A DNA stretch of 64,000 bases from the human T2T-CHM13v2.0 reference genome, Homo sapiens. A program made the translations under genes and the position numbers. Within the stretch, counting starts at the first letter, position 1; every line of letters starts with the position of its first letter. The notes beneath the pieces were generated by a model. That model was not told the origin of the DNA, did no database searches, and saw nothing but the letters and a program-made list of their open reading frames with translations. Below, in pieces: positions 14,625 through 26,775 of this stretch. The stretch is from the NCBI RefSeq assembly GCF_009914755.1, contig NC_060947.1; one strand, written 5' to 3'.

Positions 14625-15259
14625 TTAAATATAATTATCTCCAGGCTATAAGAAATCTATAATACATGCATTATGAAATGCAACATAGAATAAACATATA
14701 TTCTTAAATATAACATCTCATAGAACCTGAATTGCTCTCTTATGTGGATAATTTTTCTCTGCTGAGATTCAAGTGCAGCTTTTAAACATGTAACTGAAAT
14801 ATCTGAAACAGGATATTCATATAAATCAAGTCTGCCAATAACAGAATTCAATAGCAATCAGAAAATTACTCAAAAATCAGTTGAGCCCTTGAATATCCTA
14901 ACATTGTACACGTTTAACACTGCTTCAACAAGATAAAAAATTGTCACTAGTTACTAGCCAAAATTCATCAAGGATGACAAAATAGCACATTTTAAAAATG
15001 AAATAAATAATACAGGATGGAGGATAAATGTACAACTTTCATGGTCTGATATGCCATAATACTGAAGAGTAACTCATATGGTTTATGTAATGTGACTGTT
15101 GCTATCTGGTTAATAAAGAATTGATGAGTAGAAAAATGCAGTAACTGGAGATATTGAGACTACGAGTTAATCATTTCAGCCATAGTAGTTAGAATGATTG
15201 AAACACCCAATGGGAATTCCACTGTGTAAATGGAATGACAGCAACCATCCCTCAGTACT

Positions 15260-15712
15260 TGCATTTATGGGACAAGGAGGAATCAATACTAATTAATTAT
15301 CTCATCTTTTCTTATCATTTTGAAGCACAGGGACATGATGAAACATTATGTTTTCCCTTTAAGATATTCTTTCAGGTCCTGCATATCAATCAAACTACTG
15401 CCTCAGCTGGTCTGAAGGATCCCACGAGGATCTGACTCTCCAAAGAATACGGTTTCTACATGCTGATGACTTCATCCTCATTACCCCAACCAATCACTGA
15501 TCCCAATGTTCCAGTCCCTTGTGCTCCATGATCTCCTTAAAAGCTCTAGCCTAGAACTCCTTGGGAAGATGGATTTGAGGATCTTCTCCCATCTCCTTTC
15601 TCAGTGCACTGCAATCACAAACTCTTTCTCTGCTGCAAACCCTTCTGTCTCAGTGTAATTGGTTACCCAAACACATTATGGTGCAGACACATTTACCTGT
15701 TGGTCTTATAAC
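15260..15712 (+). mobile_element. MER4-group ERV1 LTR (subfamily uncertain)
   Basis: ccaaccaatca, gaagatggatttgagg, aaactctttctctgctgcaa, 3' terminus cttataaca; 5' boundary uncertain. Confidence 0.65.
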
Positions 15713-16107
15713 ACCTGTTGCTTAAGCCCTGACTCTTACCAAGTTATTTGCGTTTCCTCCTACAATGATGTGATAGGATAGTCTTTGTAATTAACAGGAT
15801 TTGTGTCTTCTCACTCGTAAAAGCCAGTTTCTCATGGCAACTGTCCTGTGACTCATATATTCATCATAATCCCTAGCAAGAAAACAAACTCAAAACTGAA
15901 AGCCTTGTTTTAAATTTCCATTTTCACAGATTATTTTAATGACTGTTTTAAAAAATGTAATGAGTAACTTACTCATAAAATTAACTGGAAACATTAGATG
16001 ACTCACACCATTCTCATTTTTTAATTAAATACATGTTTCATGGAATTTAAAGCTCAAATGACAATTTGTATACATTTTCTATGCATTCAGTAGAGACAAA
16101 AACAGAC

Positions 16108-16149
16108 TTTCTGTCTCTCTCTCTGTCTCTTTGTCTCTGTCCTTCTCTG

Positions 16150-16206
<57 letters not shown>

Positions 16207-16232
16207 GAGAGAGAGAGAGAGAGAAAGAGAAA
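16108..16232. repeat. Compound microsatellite (TC)n-(CA)n-(GA)n
   Basis: Directly visible. Confidence 0.97.
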
Positions 16233-16943
16233 GACTGAGACAAAATATATGAAATTCACTTTTCCTCATTTGGTTCTACAAGAAGCTACTCATTATTACC
16301 TTCACCTACACATGTATGAACAAAAGTGTGTCCCAACATTCCAATAAGGAGCTTTCTTACTGTAAAGTGTATTCACAGACACCCCCCCGCCAACGATTAT
16401 CTGAATTTATAATAATGTTGATTAGTTTCTTGCTCCAATAACTCATCTTCCATGAAGAAGTTAAAAAACAAAATTTCACGGATGACTAATAGTTGCCATT
16501 TAATAAGAGCAGGGTTTTTTTTTAATTTGAGCATAAAGTTCAGATTAGTAAATTTAATTTTCAATTGAGATTGGAGAGAAGTGAAAGGTACTAAAGAAGG
16601 GTAAATTGAAATATGTTAAAGCAGTCTTTATGTCACACCAAGGCTAAATTCTCATTCATGTCAATGTGGATAGAAAGGATCATAGTTACACAGAAGTATT
16701 AGGCAAAGCTTTCCACCCAGCTGTTTTCTAACTAGTTAATTTGGCATTGTGTAAGTTTTTATTTACTTTTAAACTGTTATAGCAATTTCTCAATATAAGA
16801 AAATATATTATCAATAATAGAAGAAAATGTTCACTCAGTCGTTTGAATCTGCTTCATGTATTTTGATGCATCCATTTGTTTGTGGTTGATGATTGAGTAA
16901 AGTAAAAAAGGTAGAAAAGGAAAGGGAGAGATTCTCAAATTCA

Positions 16944-16990
16944 GTCAGTATACTAAATACTAGATATGGTCAGTATACTAAATACTAGAT
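16944..16990. repeat. Tandem duplication, 22-bp perfect unit, period 25
   Basis: gtcagtatactaaatactagat at 16944 and 16969. Confidence 0.95.
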
Positions 16991-17457
16991 CTGTTTCTTT
17001 TTATTCCCTAGATTTGTCATTTTGTTTTAAAACTTCTTTAATAGTATTTCCCTCAACATGTGTCTGTATTGTCTTAGAGCCAAATATTTTTTCTAGGTAG
17101 GTATGTACTTTATTCAATAAGGAATATTTTGGTGGTTTTGGTCCAATTATTCCCAAGACCACATTATTTTTCTAATTTGACTATTCAAATCATCTGTAAA
17201 AATTAAGACTTTTAAAAAGAATTTTACTGAAAAGTGAAACAACAAATTTTTTCAAGAAAGAACAAAGGATGGAAAGAGATTAACTTCATGTATTGTTTTA
17301 ACCCACTGCCTCTATAAATAACAAAAATAAATATACAGAAAGCTTTTAAAATATTTAAAAATGTATTATTCTATAAATTTAAGTACATTATGTAATTTTG
17401 AAAAGTTAGGAAAGGTGCATAATTTCTAATCACAATTTAGTATGCTAGAAATTAATG

Positions 17458-17518
17458 AGAAAAATAGAAAATGGCAATCAATAAAGAAAAATAGAAAATG
17501 GCAATCAATAAAGAAAAA
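17458..17518. repeat. Tandem duplication, 27-bp unit
   Basis: agaaaaatagaaaatggcaatcaataa x2 plus partial copy. Confidence 0.95.
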
Positions 17519-18099
17519 AAGCTGCAAGATGGAAACTAACAATTTCTCTTCATTCTTGCATCTCAGAGATTGAAGTCTATTTGTCAGGTGATCTAAAACA
17601 TGACTCCAGTGATAGCCCTTCCAATGAGACCTTATGGCACACCAAAAGTGACCAGAAAAGAGCACACTGAAAAGAAAATGACTACCTGTTTGCACTACTG
17701 AACAGCAATGCAGGAATCTTCAAATAAAATAAAATCATACAAAATTCAGTAGCTCCTTATGAGTATAATTCGACATCCCCAAACATTCCCAGTTAGGGGC
17801 TGTCAGTCAGGATGAGATTTATCTTTCCATGATAACAAGTATCCTCAAAATCTGGTAACTGAAAATAAAAAGATTCATCCCTCTTTCCTGTTGTATGTGT
17901 TCATTGCAATGGGCTGAAGGCCTGAATCTTCAGCGACTGGTAAGCCATCCTCACAGCAGGAAGAAAGTATAGCTCTTAGAGATTTGCATTTTAAAATGAT
18001 TACTCCAAAGTTATAATGTCCAAACCATTCTTATGCTACCATTTTGTTGAGGAGATTTGTGGCTCAATTCAAGAGCCATATTGGTCTATAATTTTATAT

Positions 18100-18200
18100 T
18101 TTCTTTCTTGCTTTCTTCTTTCTTTCTTTCTTTCTCTTTCTTTCTTTCCTTTCTTTCTTTCTTTCTTTCTTTCCTTTCTTTCTTTCTCTTTCTTTCTTTC

Positions 18201-18231
<31 letters not shown>

Positions 18232-18558
18232 TCCTTTCTTTCTTTCTTTCTTCTCTCTCTCTCTGTATTTTTTTTTTTTACAGGGTCTCCCTCTGTCACC
18301 CAGGCTGGAGTGCAGTGGTGCAATCTTGGCTCACAGCAACCTCTGCCTCCTAGGCCCCAACCATCCTCCCAACTCAGTCTCTGGAGTAGCTGGGACTACA
18401 GGCATGTGCCACTGCACTCCAGCTAATTTTTGTATTTTTGGTAGAGATGGGGTTTCACCATGTTGCCTAGGCTGGTCTCAAACACTTGGCCTCAAGCAAT
18501 CCTCCTGCCTCGACTTCCCAAAGTGCTAGGATTACAGGTGTGAGCCACCGTGCCTGGC
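18100..18558 (-). mobile_element. AluJ-like element with tail expanded into (TTTC)n
   Basis: Alu ~18267-18558, microsatellite 18100-18265; degenerate TSD tataattttatatttt / tacaattttgtatttt encloses both. Confidence 0.93.
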
Positions 18559-18559
18559 T

Positions 18560-19070
18560 ACAATTTTGTATTTTATTTCTTTTGCATTGTCTTTGATATG
18601 GGTATTAAGATAATAAATATAGCCCTCATAAAAAGATTTTGGGCCGGGCACGGTGGCTCATGCCTGTAATCCTAGCACTTTGGGAGGCTGAGGCAAGAGG
18701 ATCACTTGAGGCCAGTAGTTTAACACCAGCCTGGGCAAAATGGTGAAACACTGTCTCTACCAAAAGTACAAAAATTAGCCAGGCTGTGGTGGCACTCACC
18801 TGTAGTCCCAGCTACTCAGGAGTCTGAGTTGGGAGGATGGTTGGAGCCCGGAGGTGGAGGTTGCAGTTAGCCAAGATCACACCATTGCACTCCAGCCTGG
18901 GCGACAGAGCGAGAGACTATCTCAAAAAAAAAAAAAAAAAAAAAAAAGATTTTGAAGTGTCTTCTTTTCTTCTACTTTCTGAAAGACACTGTGTAAAATT
19001 GATGTTAATTTTCCTTTTAATGTTTGGCAGAATTCACCCGGAAAATCACTAGAACCTGGGTTTTTTTCTC
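18560..19070 (-). mobile_element. Old L1M ORF2 fragment interrupted by an Alu
   Basis: aatgtttggcagaattcacc...gaacctggg antisense ORF2 motif. Confidence 0.65.
18642..18947 (+). mobile_element. Alu (S/J), full length
   Basis: TSD aaaaagattttg; long poly-A tail. Confidence 0.95.
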
Positions 19071-19289
19071 CTTAATCATATTTCCGAAGAGGCTACTTCA
19101 AATTTTATATACAGAATTATACATGCAAATATGATTGAGTGACCTATTTTAAAATGTCATTGTCAGTACACTGGGGAATTATTAGAATTATTCTGCAACT
19201 TTTCTGATATTTGATATAGTAATAATGGCTAGTGCTTATCTATATGTCCTATGTTTGTGGTGCTTTAAACGTTACTTTTAAAAATATGT

Positions 19290-19480
19290 TTATTTATTTT
19301 TTATTTTTTAAAATGTATTCATTTATTTTTAAAATTTCGGTAGCTTTATAGGTACATGTGGTTCTTGGTTACATGGATGAATTGTATAGTAGTCCCTGTA
19401 GTGAACTCTATACAGTCCCTGTAGTCTGGGCTTTTCCATCACTGGAGTTGTGTATGTTGTCTCCAAAAGGTGATTTTTTA
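19290..19480 (-). mobile_element. L1PB/L1MA 3' end fragment
   Basis: T-rich tail then ggtacatgtggttcttggttacatggatgaattgtatagt. Confidence 0.7.
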
Positions 19481-19484
19481 AACA

Positions 19485-19665
19485 TCACTTTTTATGTAGT
19501 AATGCATTCAATCCTCATAGCAGCCCTGTGAAGTAGGTCCTAATGCTCTCCAAATTTTATAGATATGGGAGTCTGAGGAGGCACAGGGAAATTGAGTAAT
19601 TTATCCACAATCAGATAGCCCCATAAAGGTGAAGCAGGGATTTCAGCCCAAGCTGTCCAACTCAC
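19485..19665 (-). mobile_element. MIR
   Basis: aatcctcatagcagccctgtgaagtagg...ttttatagat...ctgagg...gggatttcagcccaag core. Confidence 0.75.
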
Positions 19666-20049
19666 TCATCACCCACATTTAGTGTTTGTTTTGTATTAAT
19701 TTGTAATTTGTTATCTACAAAAGGCAGGTGAAGGCCTCAAGTCTAGTTAGAGAAACAGCTGCATTAACCCTAGTAAAGAAGTCTCTCAAGTGAACAGTGT
19801 CCAACTCTGTCCTTATAAGAAGGACCAAGAGGTCATTTTCAGGGTTCCACACAGTAACCAGCCCAATGTGTACTCTTCATAGAAAAGGGCACACAGTAAA
19901 GATGTTCCTCCACCCTGCTTCCAGGGGATCTCAGCATGTGTTTCCACAATGAATCACACAAACATCTTACTCTCATCAAATGGAGAAACTCCAGGACCCT
20001 TCTTAGAAGGGTGGCACTTAAAAAATAAAGAAAATAGGGGAAAAGGGAG

Positions 20050-20230
20050 GTTGCAGTATCATTGTCTCCAGTTTTTCATTTCTCACCAGCCGTGCTGCCT
20101 CCAACCCATTTCAATTCCATTCCCATGGCCAGCGATCCACAGAAACTGCCCTTGTCAAGGTTGCCAGCTACTTCCATCTTGACCATAATATGAATACGAT
20201 TTATATTTCATCTACTTTTAAATTTAAGCA
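20050..20230 (+). mobile_element. L2 fragment
   Basis: ccacagaaactgcccttgtcaaggt L2 RT-region motif. Confidence 0.6.
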
Positions 20231-20854
20231 TGTATTCATTTGCTAGGGCTGCCATAACAAAATGCCACAAACTGGGTGGCTTAACAAATAGACATTTACT
20301 CTCTCACAGCCCTGCAGGCTGGAAGTCCAAATCAAGGTGTGGTCAGGGCTAGTTCCTCCTGAGGCCTCTCTCCATGGCTTGTAGATGCCATCTTCTCCCT
20401 GCGTCTTTACAGGGTCGTCCCTCTGTGTGTGTCTGTGTTCTCTTCTCATCTTCTTATGAGATGTCTTAGTCCATTTCAGGCTGCTATCACAGAATACCAT
20501 AGACTAGGTGGCTTAGAAACAGCAGACATTCACTCTCCCACATTCCTGGAGGCTGGAAGTCTGAGATCAAGGTGTGGGCAGAGCTGGTTCCTCCTCAGGC
20601 CTCTCTCTTTGGCTTTTTCATGTCATCTTTTCCCTGTGTCCTCAGAAGGTTATCCCTCTGTGGGTGTCTGTGTCCTAATATCTTCTTCTTATAAGGACAC
20701 CAGTCCTATTGGATCAGGGCCCACTCTAGTGATCTCATTTTACCTTAATCATTTTTTTGAAAGACACTACCTACAAATAAAGTCACATTCTGAGAAACTG
20801 GCGCTAAAGCTTCACTATATGAATTTTGGGAGAGGCAAAATTCAACCCATAGTG
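20231..20854 (-). mobile_element. Composite MLT1A/B LTR with ~230-bp internal tandem duplication
   Basis: Units 20231-20461 and 20462-20854; 5-bp TSD AAGCA (20226-20230 / 20855-20859) flanks the whole. Confidence 0.85.
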
Positions 20855-20884
20855 AAGCATAAACACATTTAATATCTTCACTGG

Positions 20885-21448
20885 TGACAGAACAGGAGCA
20901 CCATCATCTTGGACAAACACTGCCACTTTAAGTTCCAGCTCCCTTTCTAGCCTCAAGCATTTCAAGGAAATCACTTCTCTTCTAACTACAAGCAGCCAGA
21001 AAGAGCAGACAGTAAAACACAGAAAAGACAGCTCAGGCACAGAGGGAGTTGGAGGGAAAGTCTCTTGGGTAACCGCCAAACTTCACCCTCATACGCTGGG
21101 CCCCAGTAAAACAGTGGGCCTTAGTAAGCACATTCCTTTCTCTTCAGGTGCACTAAGATAGGGAAGCTAAAAGCAGACTCAGGGGGTATGCCTGCAGCTG
21201 CAGGAAGATGTATGGGAACAGACACAAAACTCTCCCTCCTGGATAAGCACAACAAAGAGACACAGAAGTAGTCCAAGCCTCTGATAAACGCTCCCACCCT
21301 GAATCCTTAAAAACTCTTAGTCTGTAAGAGAGTGGGCTCTGACCTAACTCGGCCAGAAGCTCTTCTCAGGTTTGTTGTCTCTAAAATAAACCTATCTTGA
21401 CTGGCAAGCCACCTTTCATGTTTCTTTCCTCTTCCTTTAATTCTTACA
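20885..21448 (+). mobile_element. LTR19-like ERV1 solo LTR
   Basis: tgacagaacaggagcacc...ttcttaca termini, AATAAA, perfect TSD ACTGG. Confidence 0.82.
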
Positions 21449-21759
21449 ACTGGAGCATTGACTAGTACAGGATGTCACTCATTTGCTGAGTTCCTGTTAA
21501 ATGAAAGATCTTGTGGGAAGGCACCAGACCAGAAACAGATATAAGTGGAACACGTCCTGTCTCTCAGCAGCCCTGCAGTCCAGTTAGAAAAACAGCTGCA
21601 TAAACCATAGCAAAGTTCACCCAAGTGAACAGTGTCCACCTCTGTCCAACTCACATCACTGTGTCTTGTAGACTTTTCAAGGAGAATACGGCTTATCATG
21701 AACATGAAATTTAGAAACAATTATTATCTAATAATGAAAATGATCACTCTTAAAATCCA

Positions 21760-22790
21760 AATGCCTGGAAATATTTATTCAGCCTTAAAAAGGAAAGAGG
21801 TTCTGATGCAGATGACAACAGGGATGAATGAACCTTGAGAACATTTTGCTCAGTGATATAAACCAGTCACAAAAGAACAAATCTTGCATGGTTTTAAAGT
21901 GGCATTGTTGTCTGGGCCAAATACCTGAGGTTCGTTGTCTCACTCCAAGGGAATTGAGGATGCAGAGAAAACAAGGAGTGAGTTTGAGAGCAGAGGTTTA
22001 ATAGTTAAAAGAAAAGGGAAAGAGAATAGCTGTCTCTCCTAGAAAGATAGAGGGACACCCAGTGGGTCTTCCGGTTTTGTGGTGAAATCCACAGGTTTTG
22101 TAGACACCTCCTGGAGGAGATGGTGTCCGATTTACATAGGGCCCAAGAAATTGGTCGGACCAGGTGTGACATCTGGATAGCACGCAAAGAAGCTGGTCAT
22201 TCCACCCTAATCTTTTATTATGCAGATGGGGTCTTCCCTGGCCAGCGCCATGTTGTCTGTTCCTTACTATACATGTGGTTAATAAGGAAAAGGGAAGATG
22301 GAGCCTCCATGCTGAATGCGTCTGGCCCCCAGGTAGCCTTTTCCTATTGGCACAGCTGCTGGTATTCACCCATGCAAGCTTCCAGCTTGCTTATCTATGT
22401 TTATAACATGATTTTACAGGCTTCTCTTTGTTACAAAAGAAATGATTTGCAGGCTTATTTTTATGGAAAGGGAAGCCTTACCGAGGACTTCCTTACCCTG
22501 ACTATCTACCTAAATAATTTCTTTTTAACTCCTTTGTCATTTTCACTTATATGAGGTACCTAGAGGAGTCAAGTTCATAGAGACAGAAAGTAGAATGGAG
22601 CAAGGCAGGGACTCAGGGAGGGGGATGGGGAGTTGTTGTTTAATGGGGACAGGGTTTCTGTTTGGGAAGGTGAAAACGTTCTGAAGATGAATGGTGGTAA
22701 TAGCTGCACAAGCATGTGAATGTATTTAATGACACAAAGAGAGTTAAAATGTTAAATTTTGTGTTATGTATGTCTTACTCCCAATAAAAC
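21760..22790 (+). mobile_element. L1MB-like 3' end interrupted by an LTR
   Basis: tattcagccttaaaaaggaa...[LTR]...cacttatatgaggtacctagaggagtcaagttcatagagacagaaagtagaatgg. Confidence 0.8.
21895..22539 (-). mobile_element. MER61-like ERV1 solo LTR
   Basis: ttgttgtctgggccaaatacctgaggttcgttgtctc...tttttaactcctttgtca. Confidence 0.75.
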
Positions 22791-22903
22791 AACAATAACA
22801 AAAGAAAAAAAATCAGAGTTTCCAATATGTACAACAAGAACAAAAACAACAACAACAAAAGAAAAAAAATCAGAGTTTCCAATATGTACAACAAGAACAA
22901 AAA
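22786..22903. repeat. Tandem duplication, period 57
   Basis: aaaagaaaaaaaatcagagtttccaatatgtacaacaagaacaaaaa x2, at the L1 tail. Confidence 0.95.
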
Positions 22904-24749
22904 TTTCAAATGTCCAGCTGATGTTTTTGATCTGATGAAATCACATTAAGCCTCACAAGTCAATGAGTCCATTTAATGTCATGAAATATCAGCTCTAAGA
23001 TGCTGGTAAACCAAAAACAATAACCTGTGCTTTATCACAAAATCAATGCTTGCAAATAAATGTACAATGTTTATAAATCAATACTTATAACCATAAGTCA
23101 ATGGATATAGCTTCAGCACAAGATTAGGGTGGAAAAAGAAGTGAATTGACATCAGACCCAGGGAGAAAGGCAGATATTAGGGAAATCAAGAAAAAAAGAA
23201 GTCATGCACTGTTGATTCTTTCTATCTGACAAGGATACGGTGAGGACATGTCATATAAAGCCCTGTTCTGACATTGCCCTTGATTACATGCATGAGAAGC
23301 CATATCTCTTGCCCTCAAATGTAAAAATAAATCATCCATGGCGACAAAATGTAATCGTGGGGCCTTGAATGATATCATACTGAATACTCCCCAACAGAAG
23401 ATCAATTTCCTATAACTTTCCACTTGTGTAAGCCTTCATGTAGGAGGTCCACCTGCCTGCGCCCACTGTGTCACTGAGTTCTATGAATACAAGACTGTAA
23501 TACGTCAATCCTGGGGTCATGATAGTTGGATAATTGTCCAAGTTCTATTGTATTGTAGCTCATGTTATAGAATACGCTTTTCACACAAAAGTCCATTTTC
23601 AGTTTTCCGTTTAAGCCAGAGGCCAAAATAATAGAGGCAATGCATTCACTTCTCATTAAGGAAAAAAATGATAATCTGAGGTTTTTCAGTAGTAGAATTT
23701 ATTCCAGGCAGAAGCAGACTTCTCTTTGTAGTAAAAGAAAAAACTATTTTCTTTGAGCTTTTAAGTGAAGCATAAAATAACTGTAGTAATGCCACCTTTC
23801 ATCTTTAGAATGCTGCCAAATTTACATAGTGCTTCCCCATGGATTTTCTCTTTTGATTCTTGCAGTGAAAAAAAAAAAAAGTTGAGAGGAGAATAAGCTT
23901 TATTAGTTCAATTTTATAGAGACAGGAATGTAGCTCTAGATCAGGATGTGACTAGTCCAATATTTCCCAGCCAGAAAGCAGTCAATTAAACTGGAGCCTG
24001 AGTTTTTAAAAACAGTTATTTTTCCCATTAACCTTTGGCTCCAATAACAAGACAAACCCTAGGGTGCGCCCCCTATTTTGTACTGACTTTGTAAACAGAA
24101 GATCTGGATTTGAACTCCTGGTCTGTCACTTACTGCATGATGTTGAGGGAAGATTTCCACTGGCAAGAATTTAAAATTTTGGTATGGCTGTCCTGGAGCT
24201 TTTGAAATGCTACGTGTGGAGAATTAAGTCCTGATGTATAAGAACAGGGTATGCTTCCCAGTATTAGCGCTGGAGAGAGTAAGTTGTCCTGGTTCGTGGC
24301 ATTTTCCTCTCTCCCAAAACATAGATATCTCTAGGATCTCCTAAGACCTACACATGTATGGATTGAAAATAACTGTCATATGGAGAGGATGAGAAAGTCA
24401 CAACTAGCAAAATGGATTCAGAAAAGTCTTGGGTTGTGAAGATGTGAGGTTATTTTTGCAGGACTTTTCAAAGTACAGGAATAATGGGTGCAAGTTTCTA
24501 ATCAGGATAGACACCTGTGAGAACTCAAGAAACTATAACTAGCATTGCCCAAGTTTTACACCATGGGGTATACCCATCAAGAGTTTTTTCTTGGAGGTTA
24601 ATATCTCCTTTAAAATAATGGATGAGTTTCATAATTGGCTGAGAAGGTTTCTCAAGCCCCCTTTTCTTTTCTGATGGTGAATAAGGAAGGCAGAATACAA
24701 GAAGTTACATGTTGAAGGAGAGAGTTGCGTACTTTTAAGAAAATATCCT

Positions 24750-25203
24750 ACTTTGGGAGGCTGAGGCAGGAGGATTGCATGCTTGAGCCCAGGAGTTCGA
24801 GACCCACCTGTGCAACATGGCAAAACCCTGTCTCTACAAAAAAATATAAAAATTTAGCCAGGCCAATGGTGTGTGCCTGTAGTCTCAGCTACTTGGGAGG
24901 CTGAGGTGGGAGGATTGGGCCTAGGAGGTCGAGGCTGCAGGAAGCTGTGATCGCACCACTGTGCTCCAGCCTGGGTGACAGAATGAAACCCTGTCATGAT
25001 GAAGAAGGAGAGGAAGAAGAAGAAGAGGAAGAGGAAGAAGAAAAAGAAGAGGAGGAAGGAGGAAGAGGAGGAGAAGGAGGAGAAGGAGGGGAAGGAGGGG
25101 AAGGAGAGGAAGGAGAGGAAGAAGAAGAAGAAAAGGAAGGAAGGAAAGAAAGAGAAAGAAAGAAAGAAAGAAATAAAGAAAGAAAGAAAGAAAGAAAGAA
25201 AGG
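24750..25203 (+). mobile_element. 5'-truncated AluJ with ~205-bp GA-rich tail expansion
   Basis: Alu 24750-24996, then (GAA/GGA/GAAA)n. Confidence 0.92.
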
Positions 25204-26654
25204 GAATACCCAAATGACCTGTTCTTTTCCCCCTTTTCCACGGCATTTAAGAACCACTAATTTGTGCCAATGGATTTAATTCAATTGATACTCTTGACTG
25301 ATCCGATTCGACGGACCTATTATTTTTGCTTAAATGTTCAATTTGTTAGTGACTTCATTCTAGTCCTTCTAACAAATATAAGGAAAAGTGTTCATGTTTT
25401 CTGTAATCCACTGCTTTGATGAAGGTGAACTTTGCACACCACCTGTGAAGAATCTGTGGAATATTTTCATGGCTGCATCGATTTTTGCCCAAGGCATATG
25501 CAGTCTTTGGGGAATGGTGTGCACGGTAGGCCATGTTAGCTTAGTTAATGGATTAAATAGCTGTGACCATCCATTAAACCTGAATGAAGGAGATGACACA
25601 TACATGATTTTCTCATTGGAATTAAAGTTCTTAAAGACTGGGATATCCCAGCAAAATGGGAAGAAGATACAGAGGTAAGAGACCTTCAATCTGTTGTCCC
25701 ACTCCACAGCCAGCTGACTATAATCAGTTTGATCAATTAACCTCTCTGTGCTTTTTTCTCCAGGTGTGTAAGAAGGAGTAGAAACCACCAGATTTGTGAC
25801 CTATTTCACATCAACCATTTATTACTCTATTATTTCTTAGCCCTTCTCTGAACCAGTAATACAATGAGAAGCAACTTGAATTAGTCACTTTCCACTGGAA
25901 AGATTTAACACCATGGATTGATACCCCTAAGAGTTTTTTCTTGGATATGAATATCTCCTATAAACTAATGGATGAGTTTCATAATCAACTGAGAAGTTTT
26001 CTCAACCCCCCTTTCCTCTTCTGAGGGTGAATCAGAAAGGCAGAATAAAATAAATTACATGTTGATTGAAGGAGACAGTTGTGTACTCAAGGGAGGGTAT
26101 TTATTGCACAGATATAGACTGTGTCACAGACTCCAAATTGGTCAAGATGTGACTATACCTGGGACTCAGATAGGACTGGAAGCAGGACTGGGATGATACA
26201 GGGATATGAGCATGTGTCCACCCGTAGATCTCTTGTCACTGACTCTACCTAGTCCTTCTCTTCTCCTTAGTTCACTGTCCTCAGTAAACAGCTTTTCCTG
26301 GTCTTCTGTTCACAAGGGATAGCCCTCACTCTGGGAGACTACTCCTCTCCTGGAAATTCCATATCCCTATGGAAGCTTCTGAATTTGGCAGCGGACACCC
26401 ACTCCCTCTCCCGGCCCTTCTGATTGTGACCTGCTCTGGCTTAATGAAGCAGTTCAGCACTTCAGTGGGGTAGAGGTTTGTGGAAAAAACAGTCCAGATG
26501 TTATCAAATACCTTTACATGTCTACTTAGTAATAATTTGATTCAATACGTTAAGCATTCACTGTCTACTTCAATCTGGGTTAGATACATGAAATAACAGA
26601 AATACTCATCACAATCCACTTACGCACATGCTATAAGTCATGCGTTTTGTTTTG

Positions 26655-26775
26655 TTTTTAAAGTGGAGAAACTTGAGTGTGAGAGATTCTAAATAGCTTG
26701 CTTAGATCACACAGGGAGTAAATGGACGAGGGAGGCTTTGAACACAGCCCCTTAGATTGAGTATCTAATTCATCA
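26655..26775 (-). mobile_element. MIR fragment
   Basis: ggagaaacttgag...cttgcttagatcacacagggagtaaatgg...tttgaacac. Confidence 0.65.

Noticed and set aside
17800-18050. Possible old LTR33/MLT1-type relic (also 26090-26450 and a MER103-like stretch at 34630-34800)
   Set aside because: The resemblance is too weak to call without an HMM search.
16944-22903. Short direct repeats as a CRISPR-like array
   Set aside because: Each has only two copies, with unrelated units and no spacers, in a primate context.
24854-25279. Stacked low-complexity ORFs (poly-E/K/S/F)
   Set aside because: They are translations of the GA-rich Alu tail. The same applies at 7537-7956, 18016-18426, 28725-29159 and 35880-36251.
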